The notes: generated from the sequence alone by a model not told the origin. 64,000 nucleotides of DNA from Takakia lepidozioides (GCA_030704615.1 CM060731.1:52018001-52082000); one strand, 5' to 3'; shown: positions 37,690 through 51,330, counted from the stretch's first letter. A program made the numbers and translations.

Positions 37690-39130
37690 GGTGAGCTCAA
37701 ACAGTGTGCGTTGACGCACACTGTTTGAGGTGCAAGGTAAGTGTTCATTGAACCGTAAGTGTTGAAAGAACACTGTTTGAGCTGCCAGATAAGTGTTCAT
37801 CTGTCCTCAGAGACATGCCCTATGTGGCCCATTCTCAAATGAAAAAGGCAATGATAAGGGCAGCTCAAACAGTGTGCGCCAACGCACACTGTTTGAGCTG
37901 CCAGGATAGTGATGATTCAACCTCAAATTCAAACCCTATGTGGCCAATTTTCAGATAACAAGTGCAATGACATGGCAGCTCAAACAGTGTGCGTTGACGC
38001 ACACTGTTTGAGCTGCCATGTAAGTGATGATTGAGCCTCCGAGACATGCCCTGTATGGCCGAATTTCACACGGGAAAAACAAACACAAGGTGTGCTCAAA
38101 CAGTGTGCGGCAACGCACACTGTTTGAGCTGCCAGATAAGTGTTCATCGGTCCTCAGAGACATGCCCTATGTGGCCCATTCTGAAATGAAAAAGGCAATG
38201 ATAAGGGCAGCTCAAACAGTGTGCGCCAACGCACACTGTTTGAGCTGCCAGGATAGTGATGATTCAACCTCAAATTCAAACCCTATGTGGCCAATTTTCA
38301 GATAACAAGTGCAATGACATGGCAGCTCAAACAGTGTGCGTTGACGCACACTGTTTGAGCTGCCATGTAAGTGATGATTGACCTCCGAGACATGCCCTGT
38401 ATGGCCGAATTTCACACGGGAAAAACAAACACAAGGTGTGCTCAAACAGTGTGCGGCAACGCACACTGTTTGAGCTGCCAGATAAGTGTTCATCGGTCCT
38501 CAGAGACATGCCCTATGTGGCCCATTCTGAAATGAAAAAGGCAATGATAAGGGCAGCTCAAACAGTGTGCGCCAACGCACACTGTTTGAGCTGCCAGGAT
38601 AGTGATGATTCAACCTCAAATTCAAACCCTATGTGGCCAATTTTCAGATGACAAGTGCAATGACATGGCAGCTCAAACAGTGTGCGTTCACGCACACTGT
38701 TTGAGCTGCCATGTAAGTGATGATTGAACCTCCAAGACATGCCCTGTATGGCCGAATTTCACACGGGAAAAACAAACACAAGGTGTGCTCAAACAGTGTG
38801 CGGCAACGCACATTGTTTGAGCTGCCAGATAAGTGTTCATCTGTCCTCAGAGACATGCCCTATGTGGCCCATTCTGAAATGAAAAAGGCAATGATAAGGG
38901 CAGCTCAAACAGTGTGCGCCAACGCACACTGTTTGAGCTGCCAGGATAGTGATGATTCAACCTCAAATTCAAACCCTATGTGGCCAATTTTCAGATGACA
39001 AGTGCAATGACATGGCAGCTCAAACAGTGTGCGTTGACGCACACTGTTTGTGCCATGTAAGTGATGATTGAACCTCCGAGACATTCCCTGTATTGCCGAA
39101 TTTCACAGGGGAAAAACAAAGACAAGGTGT
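37690..39130. repeat. Element B hairpin array: ~346-bp unit x ~4, three GCTCAAACAGTGTGCG-N4-CGCACACTGTTTGAGC inverted repeats per unit (12 in total)
   Basis: Directly visible; two-unit offset of 693 bp (ORFs 38024 and 38717). Confidence 0.95.
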
Positions 39131-39261
39131 GCTCAAAGACTGCCCAATTTGGCCGTTTTGGCTACAGTTTTTGAGCTTCTTGTTCGCGGTTGATGCAACC
39201 TGCAGAGATGTCGTGTGCAGTCTATGTTCATATCGACATAGAATCTCAACTTGGGTTCACA

Positions 39262-39699
39262 TCAGCAATGAAGCACAAAGATGGGTTCCAAAGATTGAAC
39301 CTTTTTTTTGGCTGCTCCAGAAGACTCCCCAATCGCCGGGGACCCTTTGCGCTTCGGACTGCTCTCCACGCCTCTCGTGTTCTGGAGCATCTCCCCCATC
39401 CTCTCTTCCACTATTAGGTTCTTTGTGAGGCCAGCGTCAACATCATCTTCGGCGTCTGCCTCTCCCTTGGATGCAGTGTCCTCCTCATCTGTTCTTGGAA
39501 CTATGGCAGGCTGCTGGTCTTCCCCGGATTCCTGCTCTTCCATCGCCGAACTTGTCTCTTTGCCCTCTTCTTCCGCCGTTTCCTCTTCGGCCACTCTTTC
39601 CATCCTCATTCTATATCTGGCTCTATTCCTGTTTCTAGAGCTCGTGAAGTACAATGATTTCCTTCTCTTCCTCCTCCGCTGGAAACAAGGGCTCCCCAC
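39262..39699 (-). CDS. Acidic/basic low-complexity ORF, probable upstream exon of the B ParB-MTase gene
   Basis: Same strand as the gene. A CTGCAG acceptor precedes the ParB exon at ~37601-37606. The A homolog also has a low-complexity charged N-terminus. Confidence 0.45.
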   Translation of the reverse strand: MGSPCFQRRRKRRKSLYFTSSRNRNRARYRMRMERVAEEETAEEEGKETSSAMEEQESGEDQQPAIVPRTDEEDTASKGEADAEDDVDAGLTKNLIVEERMGEMLQNTRGVESSPKRKGSPAIGESSGAAKKKVQSLEPIFVLHC

Positions 39700-40573
39700 G
39701 ATGCCTCTAGAGCTCTCCAGTTTGACGTTTGCAACAAGAGTTGCTATTGCATGTAACCAAAATCAAAATAGGACATTGTCAACCGTATTTGGATGCGGGT
39801 GTTGTTATTGTGTGCGAACGGAATTCATCCATTTCGGCGTCTTTGTATTATTCAAGAAATAAAGTGCCAGAAAATATGTGCATACGTTGCATGTACTTGT
39901 GATATATGTCAGATGTACTTCGCCGCCTGCCAATATATGGCGGCCTTCTGGAATGGTTTCAAATTTGGAAGTGCCGCAGAAATCTAATGCTAGTTCAATT
40001 TGGAGCAGTTCTTGCAGATTCCCCATAAATGTTGTGCTTCACATATGCATCCACGTGTTTCGTACTGCCTGCCCTGTGCTTTGCATTTTGCCGTCATCGT
40101 CGCCATGGGGTCATTCGGTATAAAGGGTTGTGTCGGAAATGATCTTGTGTTGCACACATCCGTGCGAGGTGACTCTTGGAGTGTCAGTGTTTGTGCTGTG
40201 CTCTTCTGGCACGGCACGACCTCATTACATTCGGGGTCTTCCTGTTTACTGCTCTCCAGGGTTGTTGCCGTCTTTCCATAAAGGATGGTTTCATGTCATG
40301 TTCAGGGTTTGTTTTTCATCCAAAAACAGCACGGCTTCTTGTGGCCTTCTTTATTTGAAAACAGTTTTTCTAGTTGGTGTCTCTCAGCGTGGTTATCTCC
40401 GAAGTTCAGTGCATGTCATTCTTGCATCCTTCTGATGCATCGACCGCAGCCTTTGGGTTACTGCTACCCTTGTTGACCTCAATTTTTTTGTGGTGGATCC
40501 CCTTTCCAGAATTGCGGGCTATCAAATCGGGGATTCCGTTGTGAATCGAAAGTTTTGGTCAGCGTAGGAAAAC

Positions 40574-43500
40574 ATGTCCAAGGACAGAGATAGACTAGCA
40601 CGATTTCATTCCAATGCAGGTAGTCTTCCACTGACTGCCACTGCAGACGACGATGGGTTTGCAGTTGTTTATGAGGATGAGCTGGTACAGTGTCCCACTG
40701 GATTGTTTCTCTCCTTGTTCAAAAGGAGGTGTATGACGAGGATGGGAATTTGGATTCTGGACATTTGGAGAAACCATTGGTTGGCGAGTGTGGAAGGAAG
40801 TGGAGAGTCCTTCCAGGCACATACCGTGTCCTTGGAAAAGAGAGAAGACAATCAGCAGGATCAGTCATTACCCCTGGAACTGCAGCATCGGTCGTGCAGC
40901 AGAAGGGCATAGTTCATGTGAAAAAAGAGGTGAGCACATCCACTACATTCGTGGACTCTTTTAGACTCGTCCTCGGAGGATTTTCTGAGATTCCTCCGCC
41001 AGTGCAGACTCCATTCTTGGATGAATCCGAATTGCAAGAGATAACAAGTGTCATTCCAAAATTGAAAGCCCTCGCAGGGGTGCCCTGGGTGCAAGAGCGA
41101 GCTGCGTTTTGTTGATTGGGAGTCCCTTCGTGTGCAACGGGTTCAATACGTGCCAGCAGAGTTTGATGGGGACATCTTGTTTGAGCTCAACCCTCCCACG
41201 TCTTCCAATGGACTGGCTGGGCTTCTGCAGGCATGGACAAGAAACATGACGGACACCCTTGGTGCAGGACAAAAACCTCAAACATCCACAACGACATTGG
41301 ATTGAAATTTCGAAGGTCGGTTTGCGTTGGGCATTGCAGTGCCTGAATATATCTTGCCCTCGCCTGAGAAACAGCGCTCAACCAAACGAGAGTGAGTGGG
41401 AAGGTGTGCCCTTGAATCCTTTCACCCCAGGAATTGCCCCTCCCAAGACCAATACTTTTGTGTGCAGGTTTCTGCAAACTTTCCCCGTCCTGTGTTTCTG
41501 TGTGCACGCTCGTATGTACCAGGTGGCACACCGGTGCAAAACAATGACTCGTGCCTGCATTTATATGGGTGCACACGAGCATCCTGTGTTCAAAGGAAGT
41601 TGCAGGGATAGCGTGGACATCGCTAGAAATCTGCTGAAGCAGGAGTTCCACAATGCCCCTTCTGCAACACCTTCTGCTATAGCGCTTGCAGCTAGCAAGG
41701 CTTTCCTAGAAAAACCATATTGGGGTGAAGGGGATTCGACACAGCCAATGCTGGATGCAGATTCGCTTGATGCAGTGATGGACCATTTCTCCGTGTTGAA
41801 CTCTCCCAATATTCGAAACCAGGTGAATGCACTCAGAGTCGGCACAGGCAATGCTGGATTCATGGACAACATTATGGACCTCAAACAGAGAAGTCGCTAT
41901 GAATTCATTCAAAACAGTATCTTCCCTGGCCAGGCTCATCCAAGGATGTCAAGATTCCGCAGTGGGCGAAGGCAGTGGTGTTAGCATTGTCCGCCGAATG
42001 CAACCTGGAGGAGATTTGGCTAAATGTTGGTTGATGTTTGATCACTGCAAACGGGTGAAGGGTTGGACAACCATGGCGTGCCATGTGTATGATCCAGCGT
42101 ACCAACATGTGCTCTCAATAGCAATTTGTGATATGCAGTCGGAGGACACTGAATCCCAGATGCTCATGTGGAATTCGCTCCTGGCCGTCATGCAGCGCAA
42201 CGGAATACAGAAGACAAATTTTGCGGGCTTAATGGCTGATAGTGCACAGGCAAATTTCAATGCAGTGCGGCGTGTGTTTGGTTCGGGGGATCCTAAGGTC
42301 CCAATGGAAAATAGGGAGCGCACATGCCTCTTCCATTGGAGTCAATCTCTGGCACGTCATACAAAGCGCTGCATTCGCCCTGACCTTCAGTTGGAGCACA
42401 GAAGGCTCTGTCTCAAGTACAAAAATGCCAAATCAATGGGAGAAGCTGAGAGCACTTACCAAGCAATCCGGGCTTGGTGGTTCTCCTCTGGTGCTGCTAC
42501 TAGTATCCACCTCAAGGAGTTGGAGGACTGGTTGGTTTTCTGGCACTTTAGATACAGACAGTGGGGAGCTTTCATGACGACGGTAAGCCTCTCGAATCCC
42601 AAATCAGAAATTTTGCAACATGCCTCTTCATTTGGGGTTCTTGGATTGTCGCTTGAAGAACCTCTTCCATTTCCTTTCCTTCCTCACATTTCCATGCATT
42701 GCCTCGTGCAGGAAATGTCCTTGGAGGACTTGGCCGACATGCCATCCTGTAATTTGGCGGAGACTGTTCATAACGCCTGGATGCAGCAATCTACCAAAGC
42801 AGGTCGTGACTTGTATGTGGCCACTACTGATGACATGGTGCGGGCACTCACACAACAAACCAGGTACCGCAATTTTCTGATGGGACGGGGTGGAGGGCAA
42901 GGGCCCCGGTTCGACTTTGTTGATGCTAAGGGCTGCGAGTAGGTCTGGAGACCCATCCAAGATGGCCAAAGCTCTGAACAGGTGCACTGAAGGCTCCCCA
43001 TTGCAATCAAGGCTCCCTCATTTGGAAGGCGAGGAAAGATTTGGATCATGCAAAAGGAAATTGAACACTCTTCCAGGTTCATATGGAGATTCCCATCGCC
43101 CAGACAGGGTCAATTTCTCTGTGCCAAAGGTGTCTCCAGTGCAGACTAAGTCCTGTGCCGGCCCCTTCCCAGGTGGGTCCTCCTCCTGTGGAGCAGGTGC
43201 AGAACATGCAAGCACAGCAGCAGGAATCCCATTGGAGGAGGTGGTGGCCATGGTGCAGGAATCTGATTGCATTGATAGTGAGTGGCATATAGAACGCACC
43301 CCACTAGGATCTAGAGTTGCTTGCATGGCAATTCGGACCCCCTCTTTCAAGAAATGCAAATCAAAAATATGCAAAGGCTCCAGGGGGACTCCAGCTCCAA
43401 CATTCACAGGGTTGTTCCGACCTTATCATAGTGGGGAGTCAAAGGACCACAAGTTCTGGTTCTGCCCAGACGATATGGCACGATGCGTCAAGGGAACAGT

Positions 43501-43577
43501 TCGTCCTTCGGTGATAATGAAACCCCCTCCCCCCGCAATTTGGCCTGTGAAACTTGGGACGTCGCTGTCAACAACCG
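40574..43577 (+). CDS. Element B Mutator-like transposase, 5' part (frameshifted; intron 42583-42711), interrupted by G2
   Basis: MDKKHDGHPWC, RACIYMGAHEH, WLMFDH, LMADSAQA, CLFHWSQ, CNLAETVH. The intron is at the same position as in A. Confidence 0.88.
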
Positions 43578-43925
43578 TGTCAAGTTAAATAAGCACAGTG
43601 TGAAAACAGCTAGAATAAAACTAGTTATTTGTATTTAACACTTGGATTTAGGTCAAGTGTTAAATCAGGTGTCAAGTTTAGTTTGACACCTGGTCCGTCT
43701 TATCTTCACGAGAGCGGCAGTCGCGCGGCTCATCTTTCTCGAGTTGAGCCTGCGCGACCGAGCTCCTGCATGTGTTTAGATTTGAGTGTGCTTATGTAGG
43801 GGTACAGGTTGTTGTGGGGTGGAGTCCCCATAGCTTGGGGTGCCCCTGGCTCGACTACTATTTTCTAAGAGTGATGGTTTGGTTTTCATGTTTTGTGTCA
43901 CAGTGTGTTCGTTGGATTTCTATCA
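43578..43925 (+). repeat. G2 LTR segment A1 (348 bp)
   Basis: Matches 55096-55444; the only difference seen was one T-run length. Confidence 0.95.
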
Positions 43926-43938
43926 CTCGAGAAAGATG
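43926..43938 (+). promoter_or_regulatory. Putative self-priming PBS CTCGAGAAAGATG
   Basis: Exact reverse complement of LTR positions 43731-43743 (CATCTTTCTCGAG); no TGG tRNA-type PBS present. Confidence 0.7.
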
Positions 43939-46069
43939 CTCTCTTACCTGTGAGTGCAAGGTAGGAGTTGAGGGTTAGCACTTGCAAGATTACCTGCGTA
44001 TAAGTAGTGATTAGTTTGAGAAGCATATCATTGAATGTGACCACAAGATTCAGCGTGCCCTGAAACGCCTGGAGGATGACGATGCCAGAGCCGCCATTGT
44101 TATTGCAGTCGCTGAAGCTACCAAGTCACTAGAGGCTTTGGGGTACACAAGGAGATACTTAAAAATGCAGCAGCAAATGCTAGTTGGCACCTATGCATGA
44201 TCCTTGAAGCTGGATGATCGTTTCACCAGTAAGCTTATAGAGGAGCCTGCTGTTGCAATTGATTCTTGTATCGGGGTTGGTCTTGGACCAAAATTTAGCT
44301 TCAGCTTCTTTGTCAATCATTTGCTTTGATCATGCAAGAGCGCCATGCAGCGGGTTAAGGGGCAGGGCTATGGAGCAGAAAAGCGGCATCCTCTTCGCAA
44401 TGCGCAGAGGACGGAGTTCCGTGTATGGTTGCTATGGAGCCTCGCCAACAGCAGAACTTTGCGCTTTCCGTTCTTGGGGTTGCTGCATTGTATGCGCCCT
44501 AGGTTCCGGGCTTGGAATTGTCTTCTGACCAATTCAGCAGAAACGAACGACGAACGTACTCTCTGGCCTGATTCCCTACAGTAAGCAGGCGATATATAGC
44601 TCAACGCCATCAACGAGTACACCCAAGGAGTTGTACACCACAACAAGTGCCGTCAGAATCTTGTCGCCGGAGGATCCAGGCCAAGCAGCATACGATGGCC
44701 ACCTCACGGCCAGGCTTGGAACGGCTCTTACCATACCATATGAGGAACTTGTCGAAGTAGAGGAATAAACTTTCACAGACATGTCTGGCGAGATTTGAAA
44801 GAGTAGTTTTCTTGCTTTGACGTTGTTTCATGTCCTCTGGTTCATGGAGCTCATGACAACAAAAGTCGCGGCAGCGGACGTACTGGGGCGCCGAGCAGAA
44901 AGGATGGTCAGGGGGACGACTGTTTCCCTTGCCCAGCAGCTAAAGTCGTAAAGATTGAAGTCCACCATGTTCAGAAATCCATTTTCGAGCCGCTACCATG
45001 GATGCTTCATTGGGTTGGGATCCTGACGCTTTTAAGGCCACATAACACTTGACGGTGGCTAAGGTCACCTGCAGGAGCTTCATGATAAGTGTCCCAGGAT
45101 CCGTCAGTTCTTTGCAGGCTCCGAATGCAACGCACGACTTTTTCTTCTTTGGGTCATCTGTAACGCCCAGGAAATGCATAGCCAGAATCCACTCCGCTTC
45201 CATTGTACAGCTTGATTCGACCTGGCCGCCCAATAGCCCTCTGGATTCTGCTTACGGAAACTCCAGTCAATGCATCGTTGATGACCTGATCAAGCGGTGT
45301 TGCATCCATGGACTCGAATGCTCCCATACACCCACTTCCCTGCAGTAAGCAGTTCACATTCACAAAAGTGCTAGAGTTTCAGCTGCAGGATGGAGACGAC
45401 GGGTTTGGGAACGGCGGAGCCGAGCTACGCTGGGGATAGACGGGCGATTCAGGAGCCAGGGCTTTCTCCCCCGTAACTGGAATGGGCCGGGGACCCGCAA
45501 GCTCCAGCACAAAGTCCAGTGCTTCCCGCTGGTAATCCTCCTCAGTGATTTATCGTTAGCCACCAAGGCCTCGAGCAGACTGTGAGTGACCCCTCGCCTG
45601 TACATGGCGTCCATAAACATGTCCATAAACATGTCTTTCCTCCCCCTCTCTTGGTGCGCAAGCCTGCAAGCAATCACGGAATCCACTCTCTTTCACAACA
45701 AGACACTACTGAGTGCCACAATTCCCTCTCTCTCTCTCTCTCTCACTCTCGGTATGCAGAAGACTGGAGCAAGGTGCGAATTATAGGGCACGTGGCCAGG
45801 GAACCTAGGAAACCATATAGAACGTAGGGAACTGGGAACCAGTTACCAGATAGTTTGGGTAAACTTTAAATTTTTAAATTTGAAAACCTTTAAAAAAAAA
45901 AAAAAAAAACAGGGCATTTTTGATCTAATTTAAATGATGTAAAGCCAAATTGGTCATATCTTTGTCAAATGGACTCTGTTTGACCCAGTTTTTTGAGGGG
46001 ATAGCTGCAGAAAGGGGAAATCTACCTATCTAGACCTGGTTTCTGTTTTTGGGACTCTGCTAAAAATCT

Positions 46070-46912
46070 ATGGAATTTTTAGAGTGTGAGTGCCATGAAA
46101 GATCCACAATCCTGTCTCTAGAACCTGTGCTGGTCTATATGAGACAAATCTGTGGATGTACTCCTTGTATGGCTGGGGGAAATGAGGACGTAATTGAAGG
46201 GCAGGTCTCTTCTCTTAGCCTGTGCACCAAAGGGGACAAGATTTATGTTTCCCAAGGAACTCAGACTGATTTGAGTGGAGAACAGTTGGACGAGTTGATT
46301 GCATACTGGGAGTCAGGCATTAGCAGTAGACAACAGACTGCTGTAGTTGGCATTGAGGGCCTCAATATCGCCTTGGACAGTCAGAACTCTGTTGGAGCCA
46401 GCAGTTCTGCAGCTGTAGGTGAAATACCAAAGTGGGTGAAAGCTAGGCTTGGAACACAGCCAAAGACAGCCCCGGGGACCAAGGTGTTCAGCACAAGGCC
46501 GTGGTGTACTGGAGCAGAGGAGCAGGAGCTACACAAGTTTGTGCAATCAGACAGTGTTGCAGCGGACACGCTCTGCACAAGGCAACCACGAGCGGGGGTT
46601 CATTAGCGAGGACAAGTTTGTTCTGTTTGAAGGCGATGCAGTCATTCGCAATGAAGACCCGCAACCGTCTCAAAGCTTTCGAGTTGAGAGACTATCAGAC
46701 CCTACCTTTGTTTTCTTTAGTGTTCAGTGAGCGGGATAGGGGAGTATTGCTTTGTCTCTACCTGGCAGAAAGAGGAGGAGGGTTGGTTAGAGCGAGCTAC
46801 TGTAGCTTGGGACAAGGTTAGTGGCAGGTTTCTGGACATAGATATACCTCCTACACCTTACCATCATGCAGAGCGAGGCACTTTGAGAGAAGTCTGGAAG
46901 TTGATAGCATAG
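46070..46912 (+). CDS. G2 leader-region ORFs of unknown function (178 aa plus a downstream frame)
   Basis: ORFs 46070-46606 and 46727-46912; no motif recognised. Confidence 0.3.
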
Positions 46913-47641
46913 ATCAGGATTAGATCTTGCTTGGGCGGGCTTCTATTCTTCCCCTCCATCTCTGTACTATTTTCATTACTTGTACTTGTAGTTGCCAAAG
47001 CCTCTCTTGGTGGAGGCCAGTCAGTCCGGGGTTTTGGCTGGGATATTCTGCAGGATCAGCATTGCAGCTGGATTTTGGTGTGGGGTGTTGATGTTTTGAT
47101 TTCTTGTGTTTGGATCCCCCCCAACACCTGCATGCTTGACTGTGCGCCATGTTGGTTTTGTGTGGGCGCTTGCTTTCATAGGGATTAGGCCGGATTTGAT
47201 CACCGGTCAATCCTAGAGTATGCTGTCGGTGGTGAGGCTGGAGTGATGACCAGCAAGACCACCAGTGTTTCTTCTATGGTGAGGCTGGGTTGATGACCAG
47301 CCAACCATAGGAGTTCTTGCGGTGGATGCAGGTGCAGGTGCCCTGAGCCATTGGGATATGACCCTTAAACTGCAACAGGTGCCCACCCGTGTCACTATTA
47401 GATTAGTACTAGAGCCTTATAGTGTCACGTGGAGGAGGTGCACATTGTGAGTGTCATTACGGAGTTACCCAAGGGTTTTGAGGGGAGTACGGCTACAGGC
47501 AGTAACAGTGAGAGTGGGTTCACAAGACGAGGTATTCGGTTCAGACCCTTCACCGCCACCCTCAATTACTGTAGAGTCAGACACAGACTCGGAGGCTTCA
47601 TCAACAGTGTGCACTTTCATTCGCCATTGTTGTGGGACGAC

Positions 47642-50340
47642 ATGGAGGAGATGTATGGAGCTACCAAGGGGCCTCGTAGGTACTCTGGAGCTGTGGGCAC
47701 AATCGAGTTGGATGACTTTATCCAGGAGTTTGACAGCTGGTGTGATTTGCAGCAGATGCGCAATCCACAGCTATTCACCCCATTCATGGCGTGGAAGGGT
47801 TCCAGCATTTGGAAGGCCCGCCTATGGACGATTACCACGAGTTCAGGCGAGGACATGAAGCAGAGATTGAGGAGTGGAGGATGTATTGGTCACCTGACTA
47901 CGTCTCCATTACTCGAGGCACGACGCGACCAGTAGCTGCATCAGTACCAATAGCTCCCACTGCCAGCACTAGTAGTGGAGCAAGTAGTGCTGGTACTTCT
48001 GCAGGTGGTACCAGTTCAAAAGGTGCTACTACTCCTCCTGCCACGACTACAACACATGTGCCTAGATTCAACCCGGTGGTGGAGTTCTTCCAGGATTTGC
48101 GGAGGAACTACCAAGGTGTACGGACAGAGAAGCTGCGAAGTTTGCAAGACTTCCAGCGCAAACCCAGTGAGAGCCTGCGAGAGGCGTACACTCGTATGAG
48201 GCGCTTGATAAGTGTGACCCAAGGGGTTACTGAAGCTCAGGCAATCCAGTTTTGGTATGGAATTCTGGACAAGGAGCTCAAGAGAAGGGTGCGAGATGCA
48301 ACCCTGTTACAAGCAGCCCAACCCACATTAGCAGATGTGTTTCTGCTGGCTGAGCGGATTGAGCTCAACATGGTGGAGGAGCGAGTTGTTACAATTGGAT
48401 TTGGCAAGGACATGCCTGTACGGGGCACAGCTGTCAGCCCACAGGCACAAGGGACTGCCCAACAGCGTGGTCAGGGGGGCAAGGTTGCCCAGCCCAAGTT
48501 CCATGGAGCTTACAGGGGACCTCAGGTGCAGAGGCCCGTGGCATCTTTGCAGGCCAACAGCAACCAGGGGTGATATGTTGGACATGTGGAGGACCCCATG
48601 TCAAGAGAGATTGCCCAGAGAGTGGCAGAAGGCCGCACAAGCACAGCCTGCACAGTTGCAGTGTGGGCATTGTGGCAAGTATGGGCATGGAGATGCCCAG
48701 TGTTATGACTTGCATCCTGAGTTGCGCCCAGGCCAGTTCCAAGGGAACAATGGTGGCCGGGGCGAGGTGGACCAGCCCAGAGAGGACGAGTGGTCGGGCA
48801 CGAGGTGCAGGCCAAGGGCAAGCTCAACATGGCCAAGGACGCGGAGGTCAGGGTGTTGATCAAGGCATGGCCAACCGGCTTCAGCAGCTAGAGCAGAGGC
48901 TCGCTGCCATGGCTATAGCTCAGGCGGTACCGGCTCCCAGGCGGATGGTCCACCTCCTGCTCCTGAGGGAGGAGATATGGGAGGCATGGGATTTATGTGC
49001 GGAGCAGCACTACCACTAGAGCAGGTGGAGTCTGCTGCAGCCGTGACTCGAGGAGCAGCACGAGTTCCTGAGCCACGAGGTGCAGAGGTGGAATTGGATC
49101 CACAGCGTGGGGAGGCAAGCCGTCAGGCAAGGCTTCCTCAGTCATTCACATTGGCGGAGACTGTGTCGACGCCATCCATGGCACCTAGTTCTCGCCCGAC
49201 TGTTACCGAGGCGGAGGTTACTATGCCATTGGGGAGAGCTACACGTGCAGCATTGACACCTGCTGCCAAGGCTAGTGCGGCCGGTGTGTTATTGGGGGCA
49301 GCCACCTCTGTGTGTCAGGCCCCACTGTTCTCGGCAACAATGATTGCGACGCCGGGGTGAGACCAGCTGCAGTGTTCAGACTAGCAGCAACACTCTGTGA
49401 GAGTGGGGAGGTCACTTCATCTTCTGCGGAGTTAGTGGAAGGTGTAGTGGCAGAGGGATCCTCGGATTTGAGGGTCAAGACTGCCACGGCTGCGCCATGG
49501 CAAGCTGCAGCTGCCAGGTTGACGGAGCTGCCAGCTAGGCCAGCCATTGAGCGCGCCATGGTGACACCTGGAGTTGTCTTGTTAGACAACCAGGAGGCAT
49601 TTTCACTTTGAGTGGACCGGCAGGCAAGAAGTACCGGCCACTGCGGGTCTTGTTGGACTCAGGAGCTCAGCCACTGATGTTGGGCAGAGCTGCTATTGCA
49701 GGTTTGGGCCTCATGGAGGCGGATATGGAGCCTTGTCCTTTCCAGATACAGACATCTCTGGGAGGATCAGAGCAGGCTCGCGGCATGACACGGCATCAGT
49801 TGGCTATTAGACTGCAGCCGGATCATCCTGTAGATGGCTCAGTGATGCGAGCCAAGGCCATTGTGACAGACGCGGTCTCTTACGATGTCCTCGTTGGTGG
49901 GGCAGTGTTATACCCCATGGGCTTCACCCTGGATTTGGGAGGAGTCAGCATCCTACAGGCCTGGATGGCAGTCAGGGGATGGTCGCCGTGCACAGCTCCC
50001 TGTGACATTCATTGGGGGTATTGCAGCTGCCCAGCGGGGCAAGATGCCAACACTAGCCGCCTTCACAGCTGCAGTTAGTTGGCCTGGAGAGTTGCTGGAA
50101 GGCAATGCCCATGCAGAGGATGTGCCACCTCCAGCAGAGCAGGATGACATGCATGGTACGGCGGAGTTGCCTGCCATGGTTGCTCACACTCCATTGTGGG
50201 TACGAGCAAGGATTTGCAGCAAGCTGCTGATGGACGGTGCAACAAGCTTGGGTAGAGCTTTTGTACCGTCAGGAGAGGAGGAGAGTGCGGTGATTGCACC
50301 AGGGCCACCTCAGTTGTCGCCATTGGACACCACACCTCTT
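47642..50340 (+). CDS. gag: G2 gag and aspartic protease (frameshifted in this sequence)
   Basis: MEEMYGATKG...; two zinc knuckles; VLLDSGAQ at ~49650. Confidence 0.88.
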
Positions 50341-50359
50341 GTGTGGCAGCGGCCGGATG

Positions 50360-51330
50360 AAGGCATTTGCCTTCTGGACTTGTTTGGCGGGATCAGCACC
50401 GGATTGGCTGCTGTGCTACAGGCAGGTGTGCGGGTAAGGCGTTACCTGTATGTGGAGAGGGATGAGACTGCACGACGCGTCTCACTGCGCCATGTGGCTC
50501 AGTTGGTACAGCAGTACCCTGACTTTGTTGCCTGTGTCTGCAGTCGTGGATACCAACAAGCCTTGCCAGCAGACATTTCCTTGTTGGGGGCGCAAGATTT
50601 GGAGCAGGTTGGATCTGATAGTGGCAGGTTGGCTCCATTGGTGGCAGGTTGGCCCTGCCAAGGGCATTCATCAGCCGGGCATGGCAATGGATTGCGAGAC
50701 TCGAGGACGGGTCTGTTTTGGGAGATGGTGCGGATTTTGCGCTGCTTGCAGCTTCATCAAGCTGTATCTCCAGCATACATCTTGGAGAATGTACCACTGA
50801 TGGGTGATTCTCGGGCCAGGGTGATGGCCAGTGTGCATCAAGTCCGGTCGTGGCTTGGGTCAGCAGTGTTGCTGGATGCAGCTGCAGTGGGGTCACGGGC
50901 TCATCGTCCACGACTATGGTGGACTAACTTGATGCCACCCGCACTGCTCAAGCGTGCATTTGATGGGGTGCAGCGGCCAGCACACCTCACCGTGGATGGC
51001 ATTTTGGACACAGGAAGGCAGTCTCAACGTGTGAGACACGATGACCGTTCGCCTTTGGCAGTGGTCAACAGGGTGGGTCAACCACGAGCAGCATTACCTA
51101 CACTGCTCAGCTTCCCAGGATCCCATGCTTTTCGGGATGGTGGACCTGGCCTCCTGTGGGATGCTCAGTTGCAGCAGTTAGTGGAGCCTAATGCCGACGA
51201 GCGAGAGCGGGCTATGGGGTTTTCCACTGGGACCACGGCGGTGCCTTCTCTTTCTGAGGCATCACGTCGTCAGTGTTGGGGCAAGCAATGGATCTCAATT
51301 GCTTGACCTGGATTGTCAGCTTGGCTATGG
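50360..51330 (+). CDS. C5-cytosine DNA methyltransferase domain (DNMT3-like) inside the G2 polyprotein
   Basis: Motif I LDLFGGISTG, II YVERD, IV AGWPCQGHS, VI YILENV, VIII AHRPRLWW, IX ERERAMGF, X LGQAMD (last in a shifted frame). Confidence 0.93.

Noticed and set aside
37690-39130. CRISPR-like repeat-spacer appearance
   Set aside because: Spacers repeat with period 3 rather than being unique, no cas genes are present, and the context is a eukaryotic TE.
49885-51306. Host DNMT3/DRM gene or bacterial restriction-modification methylase
   Set aside because: Intronless and embedded between protease and RT of a TSD-bounded retroelement; no restriction enzyme nearby.
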